Made by a program: the position numbers and the translations under genes | Virus record (IMG/VR): IMGVR_UViG_3300028591_000071 | Reading direction: 5' to 3' (one strand) | Length of the DNA stretch: 64,000 nt | From: a virus | Taxonomy: Duplodnaviria > Caudoviricetes | In this document: one piece after another, positions 49,209 to 59,050 of the stretch | How positions within the stretch are numbered: position 1 is the stretch's first letter | Layout: each line of letters starts with the position of its first letter | Notes under the pieces: generated by a model | Told to the model about the DNA's origin: nothing | The model's database searches: none | What the model saw: only the letters and a program-made list of their open reading frames with translations

Positions 49209-49598
49209 ATGGAAACAAAAAGATATAAGGTCAAACTGAATTCCGTAGAAAAAATAGAGGAATTGCTTCAGGAAATATATGACCAAGCGTGCAGGCAAAT
49301 AAACGCAATCGAAAACGAAATAAATAAATTGACAAACTCAACGAATCTTGGGTCCGATGAAATAACAATGGAAGACAAGGCCAAATATTCAAAGGCTATC
49401 CATGATTTTGTGGGGGACAAGACAAAAGCAATCTCACAGAAATTTGAAGTTGCCAAATTCATGGGTGAACTTATCAAGAAAAGCGGCGATGCTGCTGCAG
49501 TTGTCAATGATAAAAATTTTGCAAAGAGAACATCGTTGAACTTGGATGAGATAAGGGATGCGATGAATGACGATACAGAAACATATAATTTGAAATGA
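49209..49598 (+). CDS. Hypothetical helical protein
   Basis: ORF after late-like motif at 49186-49194. Confidence 0.75.
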   Translation: METKRYKVKLNSVEKIEELLQEIYDQACRQINAIENEINKLTNSTNLGSDEITMEDKAKYSKAIHDFVGDKTKAISQKFEVAKFMGELIKKSGDAAAVVNDKNFAKRTSLNLDEIRDAMNDDTETYNLK

Positions 49599-52210
49599 AC
49601 GCAAATTCACCAGCCAGAGTAATTAGCATGATAGATGCTATGAGAACGCTCACGGAAAATTTTCCGATGAGCATTCTTGATATTAGGCAAGGTACAACAT
49701 ATACATCTATCTTCATGTTCCTTATAGATGTTCTTCAGGCATGTGGTGTCAATATATATGATATTGTCAGCAGATTGTTTGAATCGGTATATGGGATAGG
49801 CGTGAAGTTGGATGGTGGAATCGCAACAATTTATGACACTATTGACAAGATAGACATAAATGAACAGAGCAAATTGCTTCAGGTGATAGAGGATGGAATA
49901 AAGGACATCATATTAGCCCTTCTTACAAGCATATTCACCTGTTCGGCGAATCCTGTCATACCTAATTGGTGTATGGACTATTCGGAAGGGTTGGATGAGC
50001 CCGACTTATCAAAATTTAAAACTTACATTGATAACGCAAAATCGCTCGCGAACGAATGCTGTGGCATAGAAATACCCGTTGGACTTTTTGATTTTTATGG
50101 GGCTATGTCGGTGAATCCATTTTCGGAAGAAGGCAAACTTTATTTCAATATAGAAGGCGGGGATAAATTTTACGAGAAAAAGACGCAGAAAATAGTCATT
50201 GGATATGAAACCAATCCCGATGATAAGGTACAGAAGCCAAAGGACAAGAAATATGTAAAATTATATCTCGATTTCGGCGAGGGGCATGATGATGCAACCA
50301 ACGAATACAGGCTTACGGCGGAAGATGAATTGGTTTTTTGCTTAAGCGAACCGATAGAAGACACCCTTTATATAGTTGCGAATTATAGAGATGCTGATAA
50401 TATGTTCAGAACGGAAAGGTTTGAAATCAGACCTGGTGAAACAAAGAGCAATGTCTTCTTTATAAGTCCAACGAGTCCATTAATAAGAGACGGGGAAAGG
50501 GTGAAAGAATATTTAATCAACGCTGCCGCATCAACGGTTTCCTATCGTAATTCTGACACGGGAAAAATATTTTCAAAAGACGACATTGTCATTTATTGGG
50601 ACAGGGAAATGTCAAAAGACGTCATAAATTATTGGCATTCCGTTGAAAATGATTCCCTGACATCTGAAGAGGGCATACAATGGTATGAGATTTCAAAAGA
50701 TACCGAGGAATATGATGAGTTCAGTTTATCTGATTTTGGAACAGAAACTGAAATGGATTTCCTATATTATGAGGAAGTTGAGAAAAGGGATGAGGTTGCC
50801 ATAAGAGTTCCGGAAGTCCCTACAAATCCCACGGAAGATGACCCTGATTACATAGTATGTTACGAAGGACTTGACCCTAACACGATGTATAGGACCAATG
50901 ATATGGATGCATTTTTATGGTACATCTATAACAGGTCGAATTATGAGCCACAGTATGAAGACAACAAGAATGTATGGGACAGTAGGTATAGTGCAAGAAA
51001 AAAAGGTATTGAAAGAGAGGGGGACACTGAATGGAACTGTTGGCTGAACAGCAAGATAGACGAAAACGATACGTTCAAATTATATGAAGACTGTGAAAGC
51101 GAGAATCCACAAAAAGAAGTTGAAAACCCGGAGATATACCCAATTATTCATCTTGAAAGAAATAACGATTCGATAAGGGTGTTATTCTCATCACAAACAT
51201 ATTTCAAGCCGAAATGGAAAAAAGATGAGGAAGATATTGACGGAAAGGTATTCAAATATTACAGGTTTAATGAAAATCTTTATCGTTTCAACAGGGATTA
51301 CCTGAACAACATACAGATACTCAATCCCAAAAGAATACTTTATGGAATGGTTGATTCGCTTCTTAATGGTGCCCTGACGGCCTTCCTTAGTGTAAGGCCC
51401 AACATCACCAAAAAGAAAACCGAAACCATGTTGTCACTGGCAATAAAAAAATATATTGAAGCCGAAGACGCCGAGGTTGAAGACTGTTATTTCACCTTCT
51501 CCAACGAGGAATTTGATGAAATGCTTAATGAGATGTTATTGGCAAGGTATTCGGCAACATATATGGGCGGAGAAGCAAACCTGACGAAAACCCATGACAT
51601 AATAGAATATATAAACACTATTGACCAAGTAAATTTCACTTCTTCATCAGACGGCGAGATAACGAAGATAAACAAAATAGTAACGGAAGTTACAACAACA
51701 CCATCGGTAGAAGGGTCAATAGATTACGGGATTGAATTTTCAGTAGACAAAGGGCTTTGGAACAGGTTGGTGTGGGCTATGGCCCTTCCTATGATTGAGG
51801 CTTTGTTTACACCAAAGGTTGTCCTGTTGTTCTTGATAAATTTCAGAATAATGGGAATAGCGAATTATCATGACCTTCTTGACAATGAACAGTCAAAGAT
51901 AATCACGATTATAACCAATAAGATTTTCGTACTGGTACGTTCAATCATTTCATTTATAAAAGATAAGATAGCGGAAATCTTGTTTGACATGGCGGTTGAA
52001 AAAATGGGGCCGCTTGTTGCTGATTATCTGCTTATCATATTGAAGGAGAGGATGGATGCGTGGATAGGTCTCCTTAAATCAGCGTTAAGATGCTTGAGAC
52101 TCAACATAATCGGATTCAGAAGGAACAAAGAAATCGGTGCAATTGATGATGTTAATTATGCGGATATAATAAACGACCAAACAAGGCCGGAAACAAAGGA
52201 CGAGTGTTAA
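49595..52210 (+). CDS. Large hypothetical, probable structural protein
   Basis: 871 aa, in operon with spike gene; hydrophobic helices at both ends. Confidence 0.7.
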   Translation: MNANSPARVISMIDAMRTLTENFPMSILDIRQGTTYTSIFMFLIDVLQACGVNIYDIVSRLFESVYGIGVKLDGGIATIYDTIDKIDINEQSKLLQVIEDGIKDIILALLTSIFTCSANPVIPNWCMDYSEGLDEPDLSKFKTYIDNAKSLANECCGIEIPVGLFDFYGAMSVNPFSEEGKLYFNIEGGDKFYEKKTQKIVIGYETNPDDKVQKPKDKKYVKLYLDFGEGHDDATNEYRLTAEDELVFCLSEPIEDTLYIVANYRDADNMFRTERFEIRPGETKSNVFFISPTSPLIRDGERVKEYLINAAASTVSYRNSDTGKIFSKDDIVIYWDREMSKDVINYWHSVENDSLTSEEGIQWYEISKDTEEYDEFSLSDFGTETEMDFLYYEEVEKRDEVAIRVPEVPTNPTEDDPDYIVCYEGLDPNTMYRTNDMDAFLWYIYNRSNYEPQYEDNKNVWDSRYSARKKGIEREGDTEWNCWLNSKIDENDTFKLYEDCESENPQKEVENPEIYPIIHLERNNDSIRVLFSSQTYFKPKWKKDEEDIDGKVFKYYRFNENLYRFNRDYLNNIQILNPKRILYGMVDSLLNGALTAFLSVRPNITKKKTETMLSLAIKKYIEAEDAEVEDCYFTFSNEEFDEMLNEMLLARYSATYMGGEANLTKTHDIIEYINTIDQVNFTSSSDGEITKINKIVTEVTTTPSVEGSIDYGIEFSVDKGLWNRLVWAMALPMIEALFTPKVVLLFLINFRIMGIANYHDLLDNEQSKIITIITNKIFVLVRSIISFIKDKIAEILFDMAVEKMGPLVADYLLIILKERMDAWIGLLKSALRCLRLNIIGFRRNKEIGAIDDVNYADIINDQTRPETKDEC

Positions 52211-52211
52211 T

Positions 52212-52604
52212 ATGAATATTTCAAATATCGTTGATTTTTTAACAAGTAAACTTAATAATACGGAGGCTCCTGCGAGCACTTTGTCCCCAATTCTGTTAAA
52301 GGCGGCATCATTTTGCCGTCCAGGGCTTTCCGCTTATAAGATAACGGCAAATATAATAGAAAATAACAAACTGATAGGTATTCCAACGGGCCCGAATCCG
52401 GATGGGAGTGAAAATATGATAAATCAATATACTTACAATGTTGTAAAATGTATCGTTGATGCCTTGCAAAATGATGCGGCAGTACATGTTTCCATCCCAA
52501 TGGAATCATTGCTGATACAAGCGACGGGAGGAAATGCCGGCGGCCCTGTAGTATGTGTAGGAACCAACCTATTGGATTCAATAAGCAAAGGCGTAATAAG
52601 ATAA
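52212..52604 (+). CDS. Hypothetical baseplate-associated protein
   Basis: RPGLSA, GIPTGP..DGS, GGNAGGPV motifs; adjacent to spike gene. Confidence 0.6.
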   Translation: MNISNIVDFLTSKLNNTEAPASTLSPILLKAASFCRPGLSAYKITANIIENNKLIGIPTGPNPDGSENMINQYTYNVVKCIVDALQNDAAVHVSIPMESLLIQATGGNAGGPVVCVGTNLLDSISKGVIR

Positions 52605-52608
52605 AGAT

Positions 52609-52791
52609 ATGGAAGCAAAAGACTGTTCCGAATTGACAAACTCTGAACTAAAATTGTACATACAATCACTTGAAAATGAATTTTCAGCGATAAAAGCGAA
52701 GATAAAATTGCTTTGTGAAGATATGGAGAAGATTGAATCGCAATACGAATTGGCACAGAACGAAATAAACTTAAGGAAAACGATATTCTAA
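52609..52791 (+). CDS. Small coiled-coil protein
   Basis: Heptad pattern; stop overlaps next start. Confidence 0.7.
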   Translation: MEAKDCSELTNSELKLYIQSLENEFSAIKAKIKLLCEDMEKIESQYELAQNEINLRKTIF

Positions 52792-53684
52792 TGGACAATA
52801 GTGTTCTTGGCGTAAGATATGGTGAGGTTATAAGTATCGATGACCCGGCCGGCGCAGGAAGAATTGCGGTCAGGGTTACCGCATACGATAATAACCAGTT
52901 GGTAGAACGCGGGTATCTCGACGTGGATGCGTTTCCGTTGATGCCTAAAATGTTTCACGTAATGCCCAAAGTTGGTGAAGGTGTATTCGTGATATATAGC
53001 GAACTCGAAAACGAAGGTTCCATAAAATATTATATAGGGCCCGTCATTTCCCAATTACACAGGATGTATCGGGAGGAGTTTGCAAGTGGAGGAAGGGCTT
53101 ATCAGCCTGGAGGAAAAAACGATTTTGACCAAAATCCGAATCACGGGGATGCAATAGGTGCGTTTCCGGATGAAACCGACGTTGCTATTCTCGGAAGGAA
53201 AAATTGTGATATACAGATAAAGGATGATGATATAAGAATCAGGGCGGGTGTGAAATTAGCCAAAGATGATTCCAATTACGATTTCAAGTTTAACGGCTCT
53301 AATCCTGCTTTCATAAAATTAAAATACCATGAAATCCCGCTGTTAAGCAAAACACAAAGCACCGCAACGATATTGGCGGATAAAATATTGTTATCAGGCC
53401 GTCGTAACCCGGGAATAAAAGATACTCTTAATAAAGAAGAACTCATCACCGATGACGATATAATCGATTTCATTAAAAACGGTTATCGGCTTCCGTACGG
53501 CGAAAAACTTGTTAAACTCTTACAGGAAATGATTCGGGTATTCAAGGAGCATACCCACGATTTTATGGCAAAGACACCAAACAACAAGTTTGTCACGGAA
53601 ATTGATAGTTTGGACAAGATGTTTCTTTCCAAGGCGGATGACGGTGTGCCACCACTATTATCCGATACCGTCAGGATTAAATGA
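52791..53684 (+). CDS. Baseplate central spike (gp5/gpV-like OB fold)
   Basis: GEVISIDDPAGAGRIAVRV, PKVGEGV, C-terminal HTH (His-x-His) metal motif. Confidence 0.8.
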   Translation: MDNSVLGVRYGEVISIDDPAGAGRIAVRVTAYDNNQLVERGYLDVDAFPLMPKMFHVMPKVGEGVFVIYSELENEGSIKYYIGPVISQLHRMYREEFASGGRAYQPGGKNDFDQNPNHGDAIGAFPDETDVAILGRKNCDIQIKDDDIRIRAGVKLAKDDSNYDFKFNGSNPAFIKLKYHEIPLLSKTQSTATILADKILLSGRRNPGIKDTLNKEELITDDDIIDFIKNGYRLPYGEKLVKLLQEMIRVFKEHTHDFMAKTPNNKFVTEIDSLDKMFLSKADDGVPPLLSDTVRIK

Positions 53685-53711
53685 AAAGGCCCGCGTTTGC
53701 GGACCTTTTTT
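53684..53711. terminator. Bidirectional terminator
   Basis: AAAAGGCCCGC..GCGGACCTTTTTT between convergent genes. Confidence 0.75.
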
Positions 53712-53959
53712 CATGCTGTTTTCAGTATGTTCTTTATCGTCTTGATATCCTTTCTAATGTTTTTTAATTGTGAACTTGTTTTGTCTTTTTTCTTGACGAA
53801 CTCGTTCTTATTCTTTTCAATCTGTCTTTTCATGGCTGCTTCTCGTTTGTTAAGATGCTCAAGCCATTCTTTCACCACTTTTAGGTCTGCTTCGCCATAT
53901 TCCCCCGACAAAACTGCAGACAACGATGTCTTGAAAACCATTTCATCCATAGGATTCAT
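53711..53959 (-). CDS. Hypothetical Lys-rich protein
   Basis: Late motif at 53967-53976. Confidence 0.65.
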   Translation of the reverse strand: MNPMDEMVFKTSLSAVLSGEYGEADLKVVKEWLEHLNKREAAMKRQIEKNKNEFVKKKDKTSSQLKNIRKDIKTIKNILKTA

Positions 53960-54014
53960 ATTTTACTATAAATAGCAAAGCCGCGATGTTTCGCGGCCTT
54001 ATTCGTCTTAACTA

Positions 54015-55637
54015 TTATTGGTATCTTTCGGTAACATCACTTACTACCTTGAACCTTAGGCATTCTTTGTAATATTTCGTTTCACGCCCTATATTCACTT
54101 TCAAGTCAACGTAATATGCATTAGGGATGAGGTCTTCGGTATATATCATAAAAAAGTTGTTAAGGAATGCTCGTTCAACCGGTTGATATCCGATTATTGT
54201 TATCTCCCTGTTCCCGTCCTTCGTATACAACCTATATTCCGCACTGTCAATGAGGTATTTCTTATCACTTTCATATTCCTTCACGAAGTCGGCTACCACT
54301 TCTCTCACTTCTCCCTGATGAAGATTCTCCCAATCGTTAATTCCATACACCGAAGGAATAACATTATCCTTCACAGAAGAATCTGAGCCAATCTTCAACT
54401 TATGCGATTTTGGCCTTGTCGAAAATTCAAGTTCAACATCATCCTCAGAAACGCCATTTATTGCCAAATTAGACCACTTATCGTAATAGATGGCCGCGGG
54501 TTCCAAGTCGAGTTCAGACGCATCTATACGGGCCTCGTATACGCCTTTGCTAACCTGTCTGACCGGTACATCCATTCCTTCTACGGAGCACGATGGTATT
54601 TCGTCAAGATTTATCGGTTGTCCGTCATCATAAGTGTAAAGATAAAGAGAATTTTCCCTACCAAGAGTAAATGATTCCCTTCCGTCAAGTATGTAATCTG
54701 AATACACCGCTTCAACATAAGGATGGAAGAATGTGTTGGTATTGTCATCAACGAATCCTACATATTCCTCAAAATCGGTGGTCATCTCTTCATATTTCGG
54801 TGCAAACGCAAGGCAAAGTCCGTTATTATGCTCTCCATTAACAATACTAAGGACATAATCGGTAATGTCCATTGCAAGATTTTCATCCCCGAAATCAAAA
54901 TGTTGTGATGCAATAACAATCGACTCTTCACCATCTAAATATTTCTGATACTCTTCCTTGATGGTTTCAAATAAATAAATCCCACCCTTCAGCGATTTCT
55001 CATCAAGTTTGATGTTGGTCTTTATGTTCTTTATATCATTGATAATCTCTTCACAGGTGACATTGCTTTCTTCTTCGAGTTCTTCTTCGTTCATTATCTT
55101 CGAATATTTCAACAGTTTCTTGTATATATGAATGAACTCCACCTTGTCGAAGATATCAGGCATTACAAGTTCCTTTGCAGGCTTATCCTCTTCTCTTTCA
55201 TAGTTCCAAGGAAGACTGTTCCTACAGAAAAACCAGTTCGAACCATCTTTCGAAAATGACTTATTGTTTCTTACCCAGAAATCACTTACGAAATCAAACC
55301 CGCGACCTTCATCAAAGTCATTGGGAAGTTTGAAAAGGATGAGGTCAAACGATGCCGCACGTTTTGTTGGCACATTCATTGATTGTATCAGTTTCTTTTC
55401 ATAAGGTATTCCCTCGATTGAGAAATAGTTCGTCATCCTGAGCGTGAATTTCAATTTATCTATATTTGCAAACGTTTTGTCCTCAATCAATTCCCTTATC
55501 TTACATTCATCGAAATGAAGCAAACCCCTCATTATCAAGTTTCCGTATCCTATATGCATGACAGGGTTCAATCCCATGTTCTGCATAGAATTTTCGACTA
55601 TGGTATTCGTCTTATCAAGAAAAAAGTGTCTAACCAT
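54015..55637 (-). CDS. Probable virion structural protein with Ig-like beta domains
   Basis: Late motif at 55658-55667; FDEGRG.D, QHFD.G.ENL.MDIT, TFFHPY motifs. Confidence 0.65.
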   Translation of the reverse strand: MVRHFFLDKTNTIVENSMQNMGLNPVMHIGYGNLIMRGLLHFDECKIRELIEDKTFANIDKLKFTLRMTNYFSIEGIPYEKKLIQSMNVPTKRAASFDLILFKLPNDFDEGRGFDFVSDFWVRNNKSFSKDGSNWFFCRNSLPWNYEREEDKPAKELVMPDIFDKVEFIHIYKKLLKYSKIMNEEELEEESNVTCEEIINDIKNIKTNIKLDEKSLKGGIYLFETIKEEYQKYLDGEESIVIASQHFDFGDENLAMDITDYVLSIVNGEHNNGLCLAFAPKYEEMTTDFEEYVGFVDDNTNTFFHPYVEAVYSDYILDGRESFTLGRENSLYLYTYDDGQPINLDEIPSCSVEGMDVPVRQVSKGVYEARIDASELDLEPAAIYYDKWSNLAINGVSEDDVELEFSTRPKSHKLKIGSDSSVKDNVIPSVYGINDWENLHQGEVREVVADFVKEYESDKKYLIDSAEYRLYTKDGNREITIIGYQPVERAFLNNFFMIYTEDLIPNAYYVDLKVNIGRETKYYKECLRFKVVSDVTERYQ

Positions 55638-55729
55638 CTCATATATAATTGTTCTTGTATAAATAGTCGATGGAAACGAATATATTGCCTTAAAATTTCC
55701 TCACATTTGGTATCAACGAACTATTTATA

Positions 55730-55838
55730 GGTAGATTGGGAAATATGTTGCGAAATTAAATAAAACGGCACTGCCCTATTCTCGCTGTGAGGACACATGG
55801 TTAGCCGTCAAGGAGCCCCTATGTTGGCTCCTTGTTTT
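55730..55838 (+). ncRNA. Candidate late non-coding RNA
   Basis: Late motif at 55719-55729, no ORF longer than a few codons, internal stem, terminator at 55809-55838. Confidence 0.4.
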
Positions 55839-55898
55839 CGCGTCCACCCCAAAATTGACTTTTTTAGCATTTTTATTATATTCTTTTAAAGTCATTCT

Positions 55899-56357
55899 AT
55901 GAAAAAAATTAATAGTGAAGTAAAAATAGATTCTCCATTTTTCAAATCCAAATGGGGTACGATAGACAAGAAAAATCCTTCCATAATATATCTTGAAATA
56001 GGAACGTATATATCTCCGTCAAAAGAAAGTGACTATTCTTCAGCAATAAAGACAATTGAAAAGAATATGAAGTCAATTGTCGGAAATAGAATATATCTTT
56101 CACACGGTGACTACAAACCAAATTTCATATTCACCACGGATGTTGCCGATTCAAGGATATCTCCCGGAAAGAAATCTTATATGACATTCCAATTACACCT
56201 TCAACTCGCACCGCAATACATGCAGTCATATAAGGATAGCGGCGGAAATTTCAAATGCCTTATAAATGACTTATCTGAAAAGTGGAACCCATTTTACGGG
56301 GAATTATATAACGAGATAGAAAGCAACGGTTTCAATTGCTCCAAAACGAAGAACTAA
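55899..56357 (+). CDS. Hypothetical protein
   Basis: 152-aa ORF after a TTGACT..TATATT site. Confidence 0.75.
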   Translation: MKKINSEVKIDSPFFKSKWGTIDKKNPSIIYLEIGTYISPSKESDYSSAIKTIEKNMKSIVGNRIYLSHGDYKPNFIFTTDVADSRISPGKKSYMTFQLHLQLAPQYMQSYKDSGGNFKCLINDLSEKWNPFYGELYNEIESNGFNCSKTKN

Positions 56358-56381
56358 ACTATTTATGATAAACTAATTTGT

Positions 56382-56768
56382 ATGCAGGAATTCTTCATCA
56401 TAAAAGGTTCAACAAACCCGGCGCTTGTAATGGAACTTATCAACGACGGAAGGTATGACTTCCAAAAATCGTTGATAAACGACGCATTACAGGATAGCGT
56501 TGTCACATTCTCAATGGCCGACGAAGAGACAGGCCTTCTAAAGGTTGCAAAACAGAAAGCGGAAATAGTTCTTGCCGATGAAGAAAGTTGTGAGGAGCGT
56601 TACCTTCTCCGTTATAAATGGAAAGAGAAAGATGTAGCGAAAGAAGGGTTTTACAAAGGTTGGTTTGAAATAAAGTTCAACGGGGACATCAGTCAAAGCG
56701 GCGTTCAATTCCCTGAAGGAAACCTAAAAGTACCGATTGAAGAACAACTTAGAATTGTCGTAAAGTGA
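56382..56768 (+). CDS. BppU-N-like virion protein
   Basis: FFIIKGST.P, VTFSM, YKW..D..G.YKGWFEIKF..P; late motif at 56357-56367. Confidence 0.65.
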   Translation: MQEFFIIKGSTNPALVMELINDGRYDFQKSLINDALQDSVVTFSMADEETGLLKVAKQKAEIVLADEESCEERYLLRYKWKEKDVAKEGFYKGWFEIKFNGDISQSGVQFPEGNLKVPIEEQLRIVVK

Positions 56769-56821
56769 GTGGCATAGCCGCTCATTTTTGTTTTACACAT
56801 ATTTTTTGTATATTGCAACTG

Positions 56822-57388
56822 ATGGATTTTTTAACAGATGAACAAATAGCGAAAAACAGAGAGAGAATAGCCGAACTAATACATTCGATTCCAAAAAGGG
56901 AAAATACGCATAAACTGCTATATTTCCTCGACCATAGCGGCTATTATTACCTATACGGTTCTTTCAGGCATCACAAGTACAAGGGAGGGTTAGCACAACA
57001 TTCTCTTGAGGTGTTGGATTATGCCTTAGAAAACAATGAAGGATGCAATAGGGAAAGCATTATACTCTCCGCACTACTCCACGACATTTGCAAAACAAAA
57101 TACGAGTTTCCTGAGGGTGTTGAGTTCCACGGCCACGGAACAAAATCTGTTGCAATACTCGACGACTTCATTCAATATCCTTTAACGGAAGAAGAGCATA
57201 ACGCAATAAGGTTCCATATGGGCTCGAAGTCAATGATGCACGATGAAAACGATGTCAAGAACTATGAGAATGCAAGGAAATCTGAGTTGTGGAAACTTAT
57301 ACATGAAGGAGACTGCATAAGCGCGGGCGACTACGACAGATGCATGCACGGAATAGTTAGGAAAGTGATTGGTATAACAAAAATATAA
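56822..57388 (+). CDS. HD-domain phosphohydrolase
   Basis: GGLAQHSLEV, LLHDICK, GHGTKS, AIRFHMG, IHEGD. Confidence 0.9.
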   Translation: MDFLTDEQIAKNRERIAELIHSIPKRENTHKLLYFLDHSGYYYLYGSFRHHKYKGGLAQHSLEVLDYALENNEGCNRESIILSALLHDICKTKYEFPEGVEFHGHGTKSVAILDDFIQYPLTEEEHNAIRFHMGSKSMMHDENDVKNYENARKSELWKLIHEGDCISAGDYDRCMHGIVRKVIGITKI

Positions 57389-57412
57389 AACCGCCCGATA
57401 AGGCGGTTTTTT
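57387..57412. terminator. Bidirectional terminator
   Basis: AAAACCGCC..GGCGGTTTTT between convergent genes. Confidence 0.85.
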
Positions 57413-58120
57413 CTATGATTCCAATTCAGGAAATTTCTTTATAATCAAATTTCTAAGGTATTTTATTTTCCCTTCATAACCCTTGTCAGATGCGTAACGC
57501 TTTCCGAGTTCGTTTACGAATTTGCCGGGTGTCATAAGGTCGTCTATCGTTTTTCCGTCAACGAGATAATGGTTCTTTAGAAGTTTGATGTAGTCATCGA
57601 CGCTATCATTAGGGTCATCATATGTAACGACATCCTTTCCGTTATCATAAGAGCCGACAGAGAACACGCTGTTCGTTCTCCTCGCCCTCTTCGTGGCTCC
57701 GAAACAACTCTCCTGATGCGCTGCCGCCATGAGGAACGGAAGGTCAAATCCTTTTTCCATTGCCGCCCTCACGAGAGTTTCAGGTTTAAGACCCGTTGAT
57801 TCCATCGTGAATCCTTGGTTCTTAAGGGCAAACTCCATGTACTTTCTCACATCATTCACCTTCTTGGCGAATCCTGTGGTATCAATCATTTCTGTCTGTG
57901 CTATGTTCTTTAACTGTTCCTTTTGTTCATTCGGTATCCCCATCCTAGAGATTGCCGCAACGATAACCGCAGTTGATACTCCAAGAGCCAATGCTTTCTT
58001 AATTTTTTGCTTCATTTCGTCAAATGTTCTTGATTCATTTAACGACTCTTGCAAAATGTATGCCAAACGCTGCTCCATCAGCAGCGTTTTAAATTGCGAC
58101 TCTGTGAGTATTACCCTCAT
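57413..58120 (-). CDS. Glucosaminidase/lysozyme-like (GH73) protein with L-x-E leader
   Basis: AAAHQESCFG, NSVFSVG, YASDKGYE; leader ILTESQFKTLLME. Confidence 0.75.
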   Translation of the reverse strand: MRVILTESQFKTLLMEQRLAYILQESLNESRTFDEMKQKIKKALALGVSTAVIVAAISRMGIPNEQKEQLKNIAQTEMIDTTGFAKKVNDVRKYMEFALKNQGFTMESTGLKPETLVRAAMEKGFDLPFLMAAAHQESCFGATKRARRTNSVFSVGSYDNGKDVVTYDDPNDSVDDYIKLLKNHYLVDGKTIDDLMTPGKFVNELGKRYASDKGYEGKIKYLRNLIIKKFPELES

Positions 58121-59022
58121 TAGAAGATATTGGTTAGTTCAATCATTCCACAAATATCGTTACCGACGGTCTCTACTGAATAGGCCTTGTTTGATATTTG
58201 TTCCATTATTGCAGACAATTTTTCAGATGCTGCGGAATTGTTTTCCTTGATGAAATTTTCCTTTGCCTCAGATAGTTTATCCATGCAGGTTTTCTTGTAT
58301 TTCTCGAAAATAGATTCGCGGTCAATGCTGTTGCTTACCTCTCTAAGGGCGTCTGCTTCCCCCTCAGTAAGTTGTGACGAATATTTCTTGTTGAATTCCT
58401 CAACCATCTCAGCCGCGAGTTCTTCAAGATTCTTTGACTCGAAAACCGCTTCAACTTTTTCATTCTTTTCTACAGCCTCACGGATGATTTTTACTGCGTT
58501 ACTGTAATCTGCAATATTCTTATTGGTCTTCTTGTTTTCAGAAATGAACTTTATTGCGCCCGCAAGTTTTGTGTTCTCCGATGGAAGCACCGCGTTTCCT
58601 CCGATAAGGATATAACCTTCTGCAAGAACCCTACCAAGTTTCTTGCAATCGCCTTCTACGCTCTTTCTGTCAATTCCCCAATCGTTAGCGGCAACTTCGT
58701 TGATGAAGAAGTCCACATCTGAATCCGCGTTGACATTGCGTATGTTTTCATAAAGAGAATGAAGTGAAGAAAGGTTTTTGCTTGATTTGATTGTGCTGAT
58801 ATATTTGTTCATAACAGCCTTTCCTTCTTTTGTTTTGAACAATTCAGGAGATATAGCCTCAAAGCATTCCTTTATTGTGCCAAAATCCTTCAAAGAAAGG
58901 TCATTTGCCTTCGTACAAACAGAAATCATGTTAGCCCTCTTATCGCATTCTTCGTTCATTTTCTTGCGATAATCTTCAACCTCTTTAATGGTTTTTAATG
59001 AATTTATATGTTTTACAGACAT
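58120..59022 (-). CDS. Helical head-associated hypothetical protein
   Basis: Directly downstream of portal; late motif at 59038-59048 supports ATG 59022 as the start. Confidence 0.7.
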   Translation of the reverse strand: MSVKHINSLKTIKEVEDYRKKMNEECDKRANMISVCTKANDLSLKDFGTIKECFEAISPELFKTKEGKAVMNKYISTIKSSKNLSSLHSLYENIRNVNADSDVDFFINEVAANDWGIDRKSVEGDCKKLGRVLAEGYILIGGNAVLPSENTKLAGAIKFISENKKTNKNIADYSNAVKIIREAVEKNEKVEAVFESKNLEELAAEMVEEFNKKYSSQLTEGEADALREVSNSIDRESIFEKYKKTCMDKLSEAKENFIKENNSAASEKLSAIMEQISNKAYSVETVGNDICGMIELTNIF

Positions 59023-59050
59023 GTCAAATAATTTTCTTATAAATAGTTTG

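Noticed and set aside
56822-57388. HD protein as DatZ of a Z-genome pathway
   Set aside because: No PurZ in the window, and the motifs fit a generic HD hydrolase.
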